Source: Desulfosoma sp. (GTDB lineage Bacteria; Desulfobacterota; Syntrophobacteria; Syntrophobacterales; DSM-9756). Taken from it: 64,000 nt of DNA. The stretch lies in assembly GCA_037481835.1 (NCBI GenBank), contig JBBFKW010000011.1:32001-96000 (forward strand), in the 5' to 3' direction. Shown here one piece after another: positions 39,532 to 49,516 of this stretch. The number at the start of each line of letters is the position of its first letter. Position 1 is the first letter of the stretch. The notes beneath the pieces were generated by a model, which saw only the letters and a program-made list of their open reading frames with translations, was not told where the DNA came from and made no database searches. The position numbers and the translations under genes are program-made.

Positions 39532-41234
39532 TCATAGTGGGATCGGGCCTTGCGGGACTGAGGGCGGCCGTGGAAACGGCCGGCCGCCTCAATGTGGCCC
39601 TCATCAGCAAAGTTTTTCCCACCCGGTCCCATTCGGGCGCCGCCCAGGGAGGGATTGCGGCGGCTTTGGGCAACGAGGAGCCCGATTCTTGGGAATGGCA
39701 CATGTTTGATACCGTCAAGGGCGGCGATTACCTCACGGACCAGGATGCCGCCGAAGTCCTTGCCCGGGATGCACTCCGCGCGGTTTACGAACTGGAACAC
39801 ATGGGGGTACCGTTCAACCGCAACCCTGACGGCACCATCGCCCAGAGGGCATTTGGAGGGCATACGCGAAACTTCGGCGAAGCACCCGTCAAGCGCGCAT
39901 GCTACGCCTCGGACCGTACGGGCCGGGTCATCCTGGATACTCTCTACGGCCAATGCGTCCAGAGGGGGATTCAGGTCTACCCGGAATTGTCCGTGGTGGA
40001 TCTCGTGGTTCGGGACCGAGCCGTTTGCGGCGTCGTGGCTTTGGAATGGGCTACGGGGGAACTCCATATCTTCCATGCCAAGGCCGTCATGTTGGCCACA
40101 GGGGGGTTCGGCAAGGTGTTTAAGACCACGTCCAACTGTTTCGCCAATACGGGGGACGGAGCGGCCTTGGTCTATCGGCACGGCTTTCCCTTGCAGGACA
40201 TGGAATTCGTGCAATTTCACCCTACGGGCATCTACGGCCTCGGGGTGCTCATCAGCGAAGCGGCGCGAGGCGAAGGGGGGATCCTCAAAAACCGTCTCGG
40301 CGAGCGGTTCATGGAACGCTATGCTCCGACGATTAAAGACCTGGCCGCCCGGGATGTGGTCTCGCGGGCGATCATGAGCGAAATCCGGGCCGGGCGGGGA
40401 ATTGACGGCCGCGACTTCGTCCATCTGGACCTGACCCATCTGGGCAAGGAAAAACTGGCGGAAAGACTCTCGGACATTTCCTCCTTCGTGCGCATTTATC
40501 TTGGGATCGACCCGGCGGAGGCCCCCATTCCCGTCCAACCGACGTGCCACTACATGATGGGCGGAATTCCGACGGATGTGGACGGCCGGGCTTTGGACGT
40601 CCACCACCGGCCCATTGAGGGGCTTTACGCCGCCGGGGAGTGCGCCTGTGTGTCCGTTCACGGCGCCAACCGGCTGGGGTGCAATTCGCTCTTGGACTTG
40701 GTGGTTTTCGGACGTCGGGCCGGGAGGCACATGGCGGCCCATGTGCCGAAAGCGGAGCTTGTGCCCCTGCCTTCCCAAAGCGAGACGTCCATTCGGGAAC
40801 GAATGGAAAAGATCAAGGAGAGAACGAAAGGCGTTCGGCCCGCCGTTCTTCGCGAGCGCATGCAACAGGAGATGATGGAACGGTGCGGCGTCTACCGCAC
40901 GGCACAGGGGCTGGAAAAGGCTCTGGGAACCATTCGAGGGTTGCAAGAAGAATATCGGCGAAACGTGTTTTTGGACTATCGAGGCGACCGGTACAATACG
41001 GATCTCATGGAAGCCCTGGAACTGGAATCCCTTCTTGCGCTGTCTGAAGTGATCCTCCTTTCGGCGGCATCCCGTCGTGAAAGCCGTGGAGCCCACAGCC
41101 GGGAAGACTATCCGGAACGGGACGACCTAAACCACCTGCACCACACCCTGCTCTTTCGCGACGAGGAAAAACCCCGGCTGGCCACCAAGCCGGTTTCCAT
41201 CACCCGGTTCCAACCCAAACCGAGGGTTTATTGA
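39504..41234 (+). CDS. sdhA: Succinate dehydrogenase/fumarate reductase flavoprotein subunit
   Basis: [16 protein letters not shown] (covalent FAD His), [27 protein letters not shown] and RESRGAH motifs. Confidence 0.95.
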   Translation: MPETRTHDVIIVGSGLAGLRAAVETAGRLNVALISKVFPTRSHSGAAQGGIAAALGNEEPDSWEWHMFDTVKGGDYLTDQDAAEVLARDALRAVYELEHMGVPFNRNPDGTIAQRAFGGHTRNFGEAPVKRACYASDRTGRVILDTLYGQCVQRGIQVYPELSVVDLVVRDRAVCGVVALEWATGELHIFHAKAVMLATGGFGKVFKTTSNCFANTGDGAALVYRHGFPLQDMEFVQFHPTGIYGLGVLISEAARGEGGILKNRLGERFMERYAPTIKDLAARDVVSRAIMSEIRAGRGIDGRDFVHLDLTHLGKEKLAERLSDISSFVRIYLGIDPAEAPIPVQPTCHYMMGGIPTDVDGRALDVHHRPIEGLYAAGECACVSVHGANRLGCNSLLDLVVFGRRAGRHMAAHVPKAELVPLPSQSETSIRERMEKIKERTKGVRPAVLRERMQQEMMERCGVYRTAQGLEKALGTIRGLQEEYRRNVFLDYRGDRYNTDLMEALELESLLALSEVILLSAASRRESRGAHSREDYPERDDLNHLHHTLLFRDEEKPRLATKPVSITRFQPKPRVY

Positions 41235-41235
41235 G

Positions 41236-41940
41236 ATGGAACTGACCTTTGAAATCTTTCGGTTCGATCCAGAAGTGGACACCGCGCCGCGCTACCAGAC
41301 GTACCGGGTTTGGGCGGACCCGACGGAAAGGATTCTCGACTGCCTGAACCGGATCAAATGGGAACAGGACGGCAGCCTGAGCTTTCGCATGTCGTGCGGC
41401 CACGGGGTATGCGGATCCGACGCCGTGCGCATCAACGGTCGGTGCGCCCTGGCCTGCCAGAAGCTGGTCAAGGACGTGGCCGAGGCTCAGCCGGTCCGGG
41501 TGGAGCCCTTGCCGTCTTTTCGGGTGCTCAAGGATCTGGTCGTGGATCTGGATCCCTTTTTTGAAAAGGTGCACTGGGTCAAGCCCTATCTTTTGGGCGG
41601 GCCGGAGGCCCCGGAGAAGGAAAGGTTGCAGGATCCGGAAGAAAGGAAGAAACTGGATCACGTGATCCGCTGTATCCTCTGCGCCTGCTGTGTGGCGTCC
41701 TGTCCGGTGACGGCGGAAAACGAGCGGTTTCTCGGGCCGGCCCCCCTTGTGTGGGCGTTCCGCTACATTTTCGACGGCCGGGACAAGGAAAAGGAGGATC
41801 GATTGCGCAGGGTCGACACACCTGACGGCGCCTGGGGCTGCAAGAACCATTTCGAATGCACCCGGGTATGCCCCAAGGAAATCCCCGTCACCAAGAGTAT
41901 CAACATCATCAAGCGGGAAATCGAAAAGGTGCTGCGTTAG
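41236..41940 (+). CDS. sdhB: Succinate dehydrogenase/fumarate reductase iron-sulfur subunit
   Basis: SCGHGVCGSD..LAC, CILCACC..SCP and C..HFECTRVCPK motifs. Confidence 0.95.
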   Translation: MELTFEIFRFDPEVDTAPRYQTYRVWADPTERILDCLNRIKWEQDGSLSFRMSCGHGVCGSDAVRINGRCALACQKLVKDVAEAQPVRVEPLPSFRVLKDLVVDLDPFFEKVHWVKPYLLGGPEAPEKERLQDPEERKKLDHVIRCILCACCVASCPVTAENERFLGPAPLVWAFRYIFDGRDKEKEDRLRRVDTPDGAWGCKNHFECTRVCPKEIPVTKSINIIKREIEKVLR

Positions 41941-41956
41941 AGAAAGGAGGCTCATC

Positions 41957-42235
41957 ATGTTCCAGCAAAAAGACGTGGAAGCGAAAATCAGAGAACTCTA
42001 CCCGGACATCGATAAGTTCGGCATCTTCGTCACGGTGAAAAAAGACAAACTGGTGGGCGCCACCAATTACGCCGTGCAGTTGGAAAAGGACACGCGAACC
42101 GCCACCTTCAAGCTGGGGATCGAGGACGTCAAGCAGTGCATGGCGGGAAACCGTTGTGCGCTCATCACGGCGGAGCTCGGCCAGTTCATCAAGCGCTTCA
42201 TCGACGAAAACTACAGCATCGCGGAAGCGGGCTAG
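41957..42235 (+). CDS. Small hypothetical protein (92 aa, soluble, CxxxxxC)
   Basis: AAAGGAGG RBS; MFQQKDVEAK...KQCMAGNRC; follows sdhB by 16 nt. Confidence 0.75.
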   Translation: MFQQKDVEAKIRELYPDIDKFGIFVTVKKDKLVGATNYAVQLEKDTRTATFKLGIEDVKQCMAGNRCALITAELGQFIKRFIDENYSIAEAG

Positions 42236-42418
42236 AAGCCTGGCCGAGAACGGCTTTCTCCCAGGAGCGCGGGCGTCTCGGTCGCCCCGGAAGCGGGCCG
42301 GAGGCCGCGCTCCCAGGAAAAACATCGCCTTTTTTTATTATCGGACAAGCTCCTAGGGCGGGGTTTTCGACTCCACAGAGAGATTTCCTCCAGAGTGCCG
42401 ACCAAAATCTGCCGACCC

Positions 42419-42514
42419 GTAGGTTGGGGTGAGCGCAGCGAACCCCAACGGATATTGTGCCAACAATTATCAGCCAACCCGTAGGTTGAACTGAGCGCAG
42501 CGAACCCCTTCAAC
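42419..42514 (+). repeat. Tandem pair of GTAG-type REPs
   Basis: 42419-42449 is a perfect copy. 42481-42514 is a variant, GTAG-GTTGAA...TTCAAC, with an altered but still paired stem. Confidence 0.85.
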
Positions 42515-42544
42515 AATCGCCGACGTGGCAAAGGAAGGACTCAA

Positions 42545-43507
42545 ATGCTCCATTGGCTTCCCGGGCCTTTAAACGGCCTTTTCTCCATCGCGTGGCTTTC
42601 GGCCAATACACTCGTGTGGTTTGTCCCCCTCATTCTGGCGGCTTTTCTCAAATGGGTCATTCCCGCCGCCCGATGGCGCGCCTGGTGCGACCGTGTGCTC
42701 AACGGCATGGCCCAGACTTGGGTGGCGTTCAATAACCTGGGAATGGCCTTGACCAAAAGAATCCACTGGAAAGTGAACGGCTTGGATTCTCTGAAGGAGA
42801 AAGGCTGGTATTTGGTGCTGGCCAACCATCAGAGCTGGACGGACATCGTGGTGCTCCAGAAGGTGTTCCACCGTCGCCTTCCCTTTCTGAAGTTTTTTCT
42901 CAAAAAAGAGCTCCTTTACGTCCCGTTTTTGGGCATGGCGTGGTGGGCCCTGGATTTTCCCTTCATGAAAAGATCCTCCGCCGCGGCCGTGAGGAAAAAA
43001 CCGGAAATTCAGGCTCGGGACGTGGCCGAAACCGTCAAGGCCTGCGAGAAATTCAAGCGGGTTCCCATCGCGGTAATGAATTTTGCCGAGGGAACCCGGG
43101 CGACGGGTGCCAAAATCCTGGAAAAGGGTTCCCCCTACACCCATCTGCTGAGGCCGAAAGCCGCGGGGGCCGCTCTGGTGTTGGCCACGCTCAAGGAGCG
43201 GTTGCAAAGCATTGTGGATGTGACCGTCGTCTATCCCGAAGGGCCCATCAGCTTTTGGCGTTTTCTGTGCGGCAAGGTTCGAGAGGTCTGGATCCACGTG
43301 GAGGCGATTCCCATCCACAAAGACCTCTTGGGGGATTATTTTAACGACCGGGAATTCCAGAAGCGCTTCCAAAAATGGCTGAACGATCTTTGGGAAGCCA
43401 AAGACCGCCGGATCGAAGCCATGAAACGGGAATGGCACCGACAAGCTTTGGGAAAAACCGGCGACGCTTTCCAGCCTGCAGGGGATTGGGACGGATCCGT
43501 GGCGTAA
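42545..43507 (+). CDS. PlsC-superfamily acyltransferase (YihG-like)
   Basis: NHQSWTD, KFFLKKEL, FPFMKR, FAEGTR and LLRPK motifs. Confidence 0.9.
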   Translation: MLHWLPGPLNGLFSIAWLSANTLVWFVPLILAAFLKWVIPAARWRAWCDRVLNGMAQTWVAFNNLGMALTKRIHWKVNGLDSLKEKGWYLVLANHQSWTDIVVLQKVFHRRLPFLKFFLKKELLYVPFLGMAWWALDFPFMKRSSAAAVRKKPEIQARDVAETVKACEKFKRVPIAVMNFAEGTRATGAKILEKGSPYTHLLRPKAAGAALVLATLKERLQSIVDVTVVYPEGPISFWRFLCGKVREVWIHVEAIPIHKDLLGDYFNDREFQKRFQKWLNDLWEAKDRRIEAMKREWHRQALGKTGDAFQPAGDWDGSVA

Positions 43508-43544
43508 CGCGCCGGGACCTGTGTGTGGGCATGGAGTGGGGACG

Positions 43545-45446
43545 ATGCACGGATTGGCGAAGCGCCTGGGCGTTTTGGACATTTTTTGCATCGCCTTCGG
43601 GGCGATGGTCAGTTCCGGCATTTTCATTCTGCCGGGTTTGGCCCATGCCAAGGCCGGTCCCGCCGTGGTGGTCTCTTACTTCCTGGCCGGATGCCTCATG
43701 GGCTCGGCGGCCTTGAGCACCATAGAGCTGGTCACGGCCATGCCCAAGGCCGGGGGCGACTATTTTTTCATCGCCCGTGCCATGGGGCCGGCGGTGGGCA
43801 CGGTTTTGGGGCTTTTCAGCTGGTTTGCCCTCACCCTGAAAAGTGCCTTCGCTTTGGTGGGCATTTGGGCTTTTGCCGAAAAATTCTTTCCGTTCGACGC
43901 CCGGGCCGTGGTGGTGGGGCTGGCTGTTTTTTTCACGCTGCTGAACCTCTGGGGAACAAAGGGCTCCAGCCTGTTCCAAACGGTTTTTGTGCTCATTTTG
44001 TTGAGCCTCATGAGCCTTTTCGTGGCCCTGGGATTTCCCCACGTGCGCATTGAAAATTACGCCCCGTTCACACCCTACGGATGGAACGCGGTCTTTGCCA
44101 CGGCGGGTTTCGTTTTCGTCTCCTATGGCGGACTGATTCAAATTTCCGCTCTGGCCGAAGAGGTCAAGAATCCTTCCCGAACCATCCCCCTGGGGATCTT
44201 GTTCGCACTGGGTGTCACCGTCGCCGCCTACTGTCTCATGGTGTTCGTGACGGCCGGCATCCTGGGATCCGAAGCTTTGGATACCTCCTTGACGCCCATC
44301 AGCGACGCGGCGGCGGTCTTTATGGGCCGAGGCGGGGAGATCGCGCTGACGGTGGCGGCCATGACGGCCTTTCTCACCACGGCCAACGCCGGGATCTTAT
44401 CGGCCTCGCGGTATCTTTTGAGCCTCAGCCGGGACGAGCTTTTGCCCACCCTTTTCGGCAGAGTCCATCCCAAGAGGAAAACCCCGGTGCCCGCAGTCCT
44501 CACCACGGGGGCTTTTCTCATCGGCTTGTTTTTCGTTCCCCTGGAATCCCTGGTGAAGATGGCCTCTATGGTTCTCCTGTTCACACAGGCTTTGGCCAAT
44601 GCGTGCGTCGTCATCCTGAGGGAAAGCCGCATCCATAACTATCAACCGACCTTTAAAGCCCCGGGCTACCCGTGGCTCCAAATCGTCAGCCTCGCGGGAG
44701 TGGTCCTCCTGGTCGTGGAAATCGGGTTGCAGACGTTTCTCATCGGTTTGGTTTTCATCGCCGCCGGCTTGATCTTTTTCTGGTTCTACGGGCGTCTCAA
44801 GCAGGAACGGGAATACGCGTTGCTCCATGTCCTTTCACGGCTTTCGGCCCGTAAGGTGGTGCGCAGCGCCCTGGAGTCGGAACTGAAGGAAATCATCCGT
44901 GAGCGCGATGAGCTGTGCCTGGACCGGTTCGATCGCATCATCGAGGCGGCGGAAGTCATCGACTTGAAGGAGCCCTGCACCGTGGACGCCGTGCTGGATC
45001 GGCTCAACCCGGTGCTTGCCCTTCGCGGATTGGAGTCGCCTTTGAACCCGGAGGCCCTGAACGGCAAAGAGCCGCTGGTGAAGTTTGTGGAAATCTTTTC
45101 GGGAATCGGCGTCGCGGAAATGAGTGCAACCCGGCCTGATGCGTTTGACGTGATCCTTATCAGGAGCCAAGACGGGCTCCGATTTCCCGGAACGGACGCT
45201 CCCATTCACGCCCTGTTTTTCTTCCTCGTGGGATCCAACGAGCAGGACTTCCACCTCAAAGCGGTAGCGGCCTTGGCCCAGGTCCTTCAGGATCCCCAGT
45301 TCGATGTGCGATGGCGGCACGCCCGGAACGCCCAGGCCCTCAAAGACCTTATCGTCTTGGCGGATCGTCGGCGCGTGTGTTCGTTGGAGCCCCGCCCGTG
45401 GGAGCTCGACATCGTGCCGGACGGCCAATCCCGCCGGCCGACCTGA
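43545..45446 (+). CDS. APC-family amino-acid permease with C-terminal PTS-IIA-like domain
   Basis: GAMVSSGIF.LPG, ELVTAMPKAGG, AEEVKNP and SASRY motifs; soluble C-terminus with GLRF..PIHALF..HLK..LAQ. Confidence 0.88.
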   Translation: MHGLAKRLGVLDIFCIAFGAMVSSGIFILPGLAHAKAGPAVVVSYFLAGCLMGSAALSTIELVTAMPKAGGDYFFIARAMGPAVGTVLGLFSWFALTLKSAFALVGIWAFAEKFFPFDARAVVVGLAVFFTLLNLWGTKGSSLFQTVFVLILLSLMSLFVALGFPHVRIENYAPFTPYGWNAVFATAGFVFVSYGGLIQISALAEEVKNPSRTIPLGILFALGVTVAAYCLMVFVTAGILGSEALDTSLTPISDAAAVFMGRGGEIALTVAAMTAFLTTANAGILSASRYLLSLSRDELLPTLFGRVHPKRKTPVPAVLTTGAFLIGLFFVPLESLVKMASMVLLFTQALANACVVILRESRIHNYQPTFKAPGYPWLQIVSLAGVVLLVVEIGLQTFLIGLVFIAAGLIFFWFYGRLKQEREYALLHVLSRLSARKVVRSALESELKEIIRERDELCLDRFDRIIEAAEVIDLKEPCTVDAVLDRLNPVLALRGLESPLNPEALNGKEPLVKFVEIFSGIGVAEMSATRPDAFDVILIRSQDGLRFPGTDAPIHALFFFLVGSNEQDFHLKAVAALAQVLQDPQFDVRWRHARNAQALKDLIVLADRRRVCSLEPRPWELDIVPDGQSRRPT

Positions 45447-45588
45447 AGCCGCCCCGGAGGCGCCGGGCTTGTTGGGGTTGGGGGCGAGGTTTCCACGAAA
45501 GTCGAGGCGAACGGGCGGGAACCTTCGATTTTCATGGCCGGTTGTTTCGCTGTGTGGCGATGGGGATGGAATTGGGGGCCTTATTTTT

Positions 45589-45761
45589 GTTGGGGTTCGC
45601 TGCGCTCACCCCAACCTACATCTGCATCTCGGCGGCCGACATTCTTGAAGAGGCTCGCAGGCTGGATCTTGGGGTTCGCTGCGCTCACCCCCATTTCCTG
45701 TGAGATCGTGCTGTTTCGTCGTCACGGATCGTGAACGATGGGGGTGGGTGAGTGCAGCGAA
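45589..45761 (-). repeat. REP cluster between convergent genes
   Basis: 45589-45619 is a perfect reverse copy, 45669-45691 a truncated reverse copy, and 45746-45761 a degenerate forward copy. Confidence 0.82.
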
Positions 45762-45771
45762 TGCGTTTCGG

Positions 45772-46953
45772 TCAATAGGCTTTTTGCAAGACGTACAGGG
45801 CCTCATCCAAGGTCATGTCTTCGGGGTTGAACAGCAACGCGCCGTCGTCCAAGGCCGTTCGGGCGATGCTTTCCAGCATGGTTTGAGGGACGTCGGCATC
45901 CCGGAGCCGCGTGGGAAGGCCCGAAAGGCTCCGGACGTCTTCCTGAAACCGGCGAAGCGTTTCGATGGTCTTTTCCGCTCGAACCAAGGCCGGCGTTTGG
46001 GCGTAAACTTCCGGCCCCGCCATGGGCAAAAGGAGTTCCCTGATGGCGTCCCGCCTTTTTTCCAAATTGTATTCCAGCCCGTGGGGCAAAAAGATGTTCA
46101 TGGCCGTCCCGTGATGGATATGGCACAGGGCCCCGGCGGCGTGTCCCAGGGCGTGCACCATGCCGACCATGGCGTTGGAAAAGGCGATCCCGGCAAAACA
46201 GGCGGCCCCGGCCAGGGCGAGCCGCCCTTGGGTGTTGGATCCTTCCCGAAGGACGGCGGGCAGGTTTTCCACGATGAGGCGGATGGCCGTCGCCGCGTAG
46301 GCGTCGCTCAAAGGGTTTTTTTGCACTGAAATGGAAGCTTCCACGGCGTGGGCAAGGGCGTCCATGGCGGTGGCGGCCGTGAGCTTCTCCGGGAGGCTCA
46401 GCGTCATGCGAGGGTCCAGGATGGCCACGTCGGGGTACAAGTGGCTGGACGCGAAGGCCATCTTCACGTTTTTTCGAGGATTGGCGATGACGGCCACCAA
46501 GGTGACTTCCGATCCCGTTCCGGCCGTCGTGGGGATGACAATCAAGGGCCTCAAAGGCCCCTGGATCCGGTCGGCTCCCGAAAACTGCAAAAGATCATCC
46601 CCGCCCTGGGTGATCAGGATATTGACGGCCTTGGCCGTATCGATCACTGAACCGCCGCCGAGGGCCACCAGGCTGTCGCATGCGCTATGGCGATAAGCGG
46701 CGGCGCCTTCCCGGACAACCGTCACAGAAGAGTCCGCCGGGACCTGGTCGTAAATGGCGCCGATGAGCACCTCCGAGTCCTGGAGCGCGGCCGTCACCGT
46801 GTTGAGAAGCCCGGCTTTGGCCACGCCCAGGTCCGTGATGAGCAACGGGCGCGACGCACCAAGCCTTTTCAATTCATAGGGAAGGTTTTCCAAGGCCTTG
46901 TACCCGCAGACGATTTTTACCGGGCAGTGAAATTCAAAATAAGACGGCATCAT
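45772..46953 (-). CDS. Iron-containing alcohol dehydrogenase
   Basis: GGGSVIDTAK, PTTAGTGSEVT, DALAHAVE and HALGH..HHG motifs. Confidence 0.94.
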   Translation of the reverse strand: MMPSYFEFHCPVKIVCGYKALENLPYELKRLGASRPLLITDLGVAKAGLLNTVTAALQDSEVLIGAIYDQVPADSSVTVVREGAAAYRHSACDSLVALGGGSVIDTAKAVNILITQGGDDLLQFSGADRIQGPLRPLIVIPTTAGTGSEVTLVAVIANPRKNVKMAFASSHLYPDVAILDPRMTLSLPEKLTAATAMDALAHAVEASISVQKNPLSDAYAATAIRLIVENLPAVLREGSNTQGRLALAGAACFAGIAFSNAMVGMVHALGHAAGALCHIHHGTAMNIFLPHGLEYNLEKRRDAIRELLLPMAGPEVYAQTPALVRAEKTIETLRRFQEDVRSLSGLPTRLRDADVPQTMLESIARTALDDGALLFNPEDMTLDEALYVLQKAY

Positions 46954-46970
46954 GGCGTGCTCCTTCTTTT

Positions 46971-49448
46971 TTAGACGCCCAGAGGAATTCCCAGAAGATA
47001 GAGCCAGGCGCGCTTCCATAATTTTTCCGCCATCGGTATCGGCGACACTCTTTTGACGACCCGTTTGGCGATCCATTCCGGGTAGAGGAGGCTCTGGATG
47101 CGATCGAGCAGGCGCGTGAGCTTCATGGCCGCGGCCAAGTCACCCACGACACTCAGGCGGTTTTGGGCGAAGCCGTCCACCGTGCTCAAACGCGCTGTGA
47201 GCATCCGGGTTGCCGTGTCCATGTTCTTGAAGCCGATCGTGAGGTCGGCTTCTCGTTCCGAAAGGGTATCTCCCAGGTAGCGGAGCCTTTTTCTTCCGTC
47301 CAGACGAAGGGCCATCCGCGGCCCGAAGGGAAGCACCTTGAAAAGGACCGTAAACCCATCTGGCCAGGACGCCAATTCGCGCCGGAATACGTCGTCCATG
47401 CCCGATGCCGATTGGAGGGCTCGCCCGAGAATGGTGAAAAAAACTCGGACAACGAAAGGCTTCAACACCGCACGGTCGGGCACGCCGTCGAAACGTCCAT
47501 GAGTCGGCATGGGAACCTTCAACCGCCGCAGCGTCTTTTTCATGGGAATGCCGTTCCGTGTGTAGCCTCGTAAAGCATAGTAGGCGTCCAGCATGGCATC
47601 GAGGGCCAGGAGGGGCGGCGTTTCGGGGGACGGCGCCGGTTCGGGACAGCCCAAACGGGCGAGGCGACGCCACAGCGTTCTTTTGGATCCCGATCCGGCG
47701 GAATCGCACGGTCTATTTTCCGTGAGGATTCTTTCGGGCAGAGTGTCGTCCTTTCGGCTGACGCCTTCCATGGCGTTCAGAAGCCGTTCCAGGACGACGA
47801 TGCGGTCGCCCGCGCGAAGGAACTCGGCCGGACTGAGGGAAATCCCGTAGATCGTTTCAAAGAGCCTCGTGAAAAGACGAAGATCCATGAGTCGCACGGC
47901 CACGGCGGGCAGGTTTTGCATGGTCCAGGCCAGGATCGCTTTGGGTGTGAATCGGGCGATGGGGGCTTCCAGAAGATAGGCATAGGTGGTGAAAAGGCAG
48001 GTGGGCAGAGAATTGATCCCTGCATAAAGGCTTTCGAAAAAACGCACGAAGTGGGCTTTGGCTTTGGGGGAGCGCGGCTTCAAAAAACCGAGAAAGACCT
48101 CCAAGGGGAAAAGGGTTGCCGACAAGTGACATCCACCGCGGTTGGCCACGGCGTAAGCCAGGCCTTGTCCCCAGGATCCCCTGGGATCGTAAGCGGGGAG
48201 TTCCAGCCCCTTGACATGCATGGCGAAAGAGGTGCCGCCGTATTTTTCCGAAAGACGGCGCACCCCCTGGGCCATGGCGTCTCCCAGGCCTTGGCGAAAG
48301 GCGATGGCCTCAATGGCTTCCGACACGCCGTGCGGGGAACCGAAACGCAACGGCGAGGTCATCAAGCCTTTTTCTGAAGCTTCCATGACATAGGCCAGAA
48401 TTCCTCCGCATGAGATGGTATCCAGCCCGAGGCGGCCGCACTGTTCGTTCCAGGCCGCCACGAGGTCCGGATCGAAAATTCCCAGATTGGTTCCCAAAAG
48501 CCCGACGGTCTCATATTCGGGGAGTTGCCGAATTTTCTGGTCCGAAAAGACGCCCTTGTGCCCGCACAAAATGGTGCACGGCCGACAGGTGCTGGGTTTG
48601 GCTCCGAAGCGGTCCCGCATGGTCCACCCGCTGATTTGGGACGCGTGCGGATCACAACCGTCTTGAAAGTTTCGGATGGGCAAAATCCCTCCGGCATTGC
48701 ACAGATCCACATGGCTGGCCGTCCCGGCGTTTCGGTAAAGGTTTCCTGTAAAGCGGTTCCGGTGGATATAGGCCGTGGCACGCCGACAGGCTTTTTCAAA
48801 GCCCTGGGGATCGGCGGGGATGTATCGAGCCGTGCCGCCCCGGGCGACCACGGCTTTGAGCTTTTTCGAGCCCAAAACGGCGCCGAATCCGCCCCGGCCC
48901 AAAAAGCGGTGGCCGGACGCGATATTGGCGAAAAGAACCAGGTTTTCGCCGGCAGGGCCGATGGCAAGAGCGCCGTCTTTGGCGCCGAGTTCAAGCGCCT
49001 CCTGGGTCTCTTGGGTGTCGCGGCCCCAAAGATGGGCGGCGTCAAGAAACCGCGCTCCGGTTTCATCGATTTCCAGAACGATCGGTTCTGAACATCGTCC
49101 CGTGAGGACAAGCCCTTCGTAGCCGGCCGTTTTAAGGGCGATCCCGAAAGGACCGCCGCACGATGAGGACGCGGTGAGCCCTGTGAGCGGCGATTTGGTC
49201 ACAGCGGAAAACCGTGCGCTGCACGGGGCGCCGGAGGCGACCACCACACCGGCGAAGACGGCCATCACATTGTCCGGGCCCAAGGGATCGAGGCCCGGTC
49301 GGATGCGTTCCGCAAAAAAGCGCAGCGCAAGTCCTTTGCCGCCGAGAAAGCGCCGCCGATCTTCCGTGGAAATGCGAAAAACCCTGGTCGTGCGGCGGGA
49401 CAAGTCCACTTCCAGCACACGATCGCAACTGCCCACCCAATCCGCCAT
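46971..49448 (-). CDS. aor: Tungsten/molybdenum aldehyde:ferredoxin oxidoreductase with an extra C-terminal SCP2-like domain
   Basis: GGKGL, KSPLTG, IGPAGENLV, GRGG.GAV.GSK.LK, C..C...C, EYET, GLDTIS, KGLE.PAYDPR, NRGGCH, DDTLP.R and YY.LRG motifs, plus a ~180-aa extension. Confidence 0.92.
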   Translation of the reverse strand: MADWVGSCDRVLEVDLSRRTTRVFRISTEDRRRFLGGKGLALRFFAERIRPGLDPLGPDNVMAVFAGVVVASGAPCSARFSAVTKSPLTGLTASSSCGGPFGIALKTAGYEGLVLTGRCSEPIVLEIDETGARFLDAAHLWGRDTQETQEALELGAKDGALAIGPAGENLVLFANIASGHRFLGRGGFGAVLGSKKLKAVVARGGTARYIPADPQGFEKACRRATAYIHRNRFTGNLYRNAGTASHVDLCNAGGILPIRNFQDGCDPHASQISGWTMRDRFGAKPSTCRPCTILCGHKGVFSDQKIRQLPEYETVGLLGTNLGIFDPDLVAAWNEQCGRLGLDTISCGGILAYVMEASEKGLMTSPLRFGSPHGVSEAIEAIAFRQGLGDAMAQGVRRLSEKYGGTSFAMHVKGLELPAYDPRGSWGQGLAYAVANRGGCHLSATLFPLEVFLGFLKPRSPKAKAHFVRFFESLYAGINSLPTCLFTTYAYLLEAPIARFTPKAILAWTMQNLPAVAVRLMDLRLFTRLFETIYGISLSPAEFLRAGDRIVVLERLLNAMEGVSRKDDTLPERILTENRPCDSAGSGSKRTLWRRLARLGCPEPAPSPETPPLLALDAMLDAYYALRGYTRNGIPMKKTLRRLKVPMPTHGRFDGVPDRAVLKPFVVRVFFTILGRALQSASGMDDVFRRELASWPDGFTVLFKVLPFGPRMALRLDGRKRLRYLGDTLSEREADLTIGFKNMDTATRMLTARLSTVDGFAQNRLSVVGDLAAAMKLTRLLDRIQSLLYPEWIAKRVVKRVSPIPMAEKLWKRAWLYLLGIPLGV

Positions 49449-49516
49449 GGCTCCTCCTTAGCCCCTGAGGCCTTGATCTGGGAAAGTCTCGCTTCTCACC
49501 ATCGCTCCTTGAACGA

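Noticed and set aside
42419..42514. Mini CRISPR array (two ~31-nt repeats with a 31-nt spacer)
   Set aside because: Only two non-identical units, the same repeat is dispersed singly in both orientations, and there are no cas genes; it fits REP elements.
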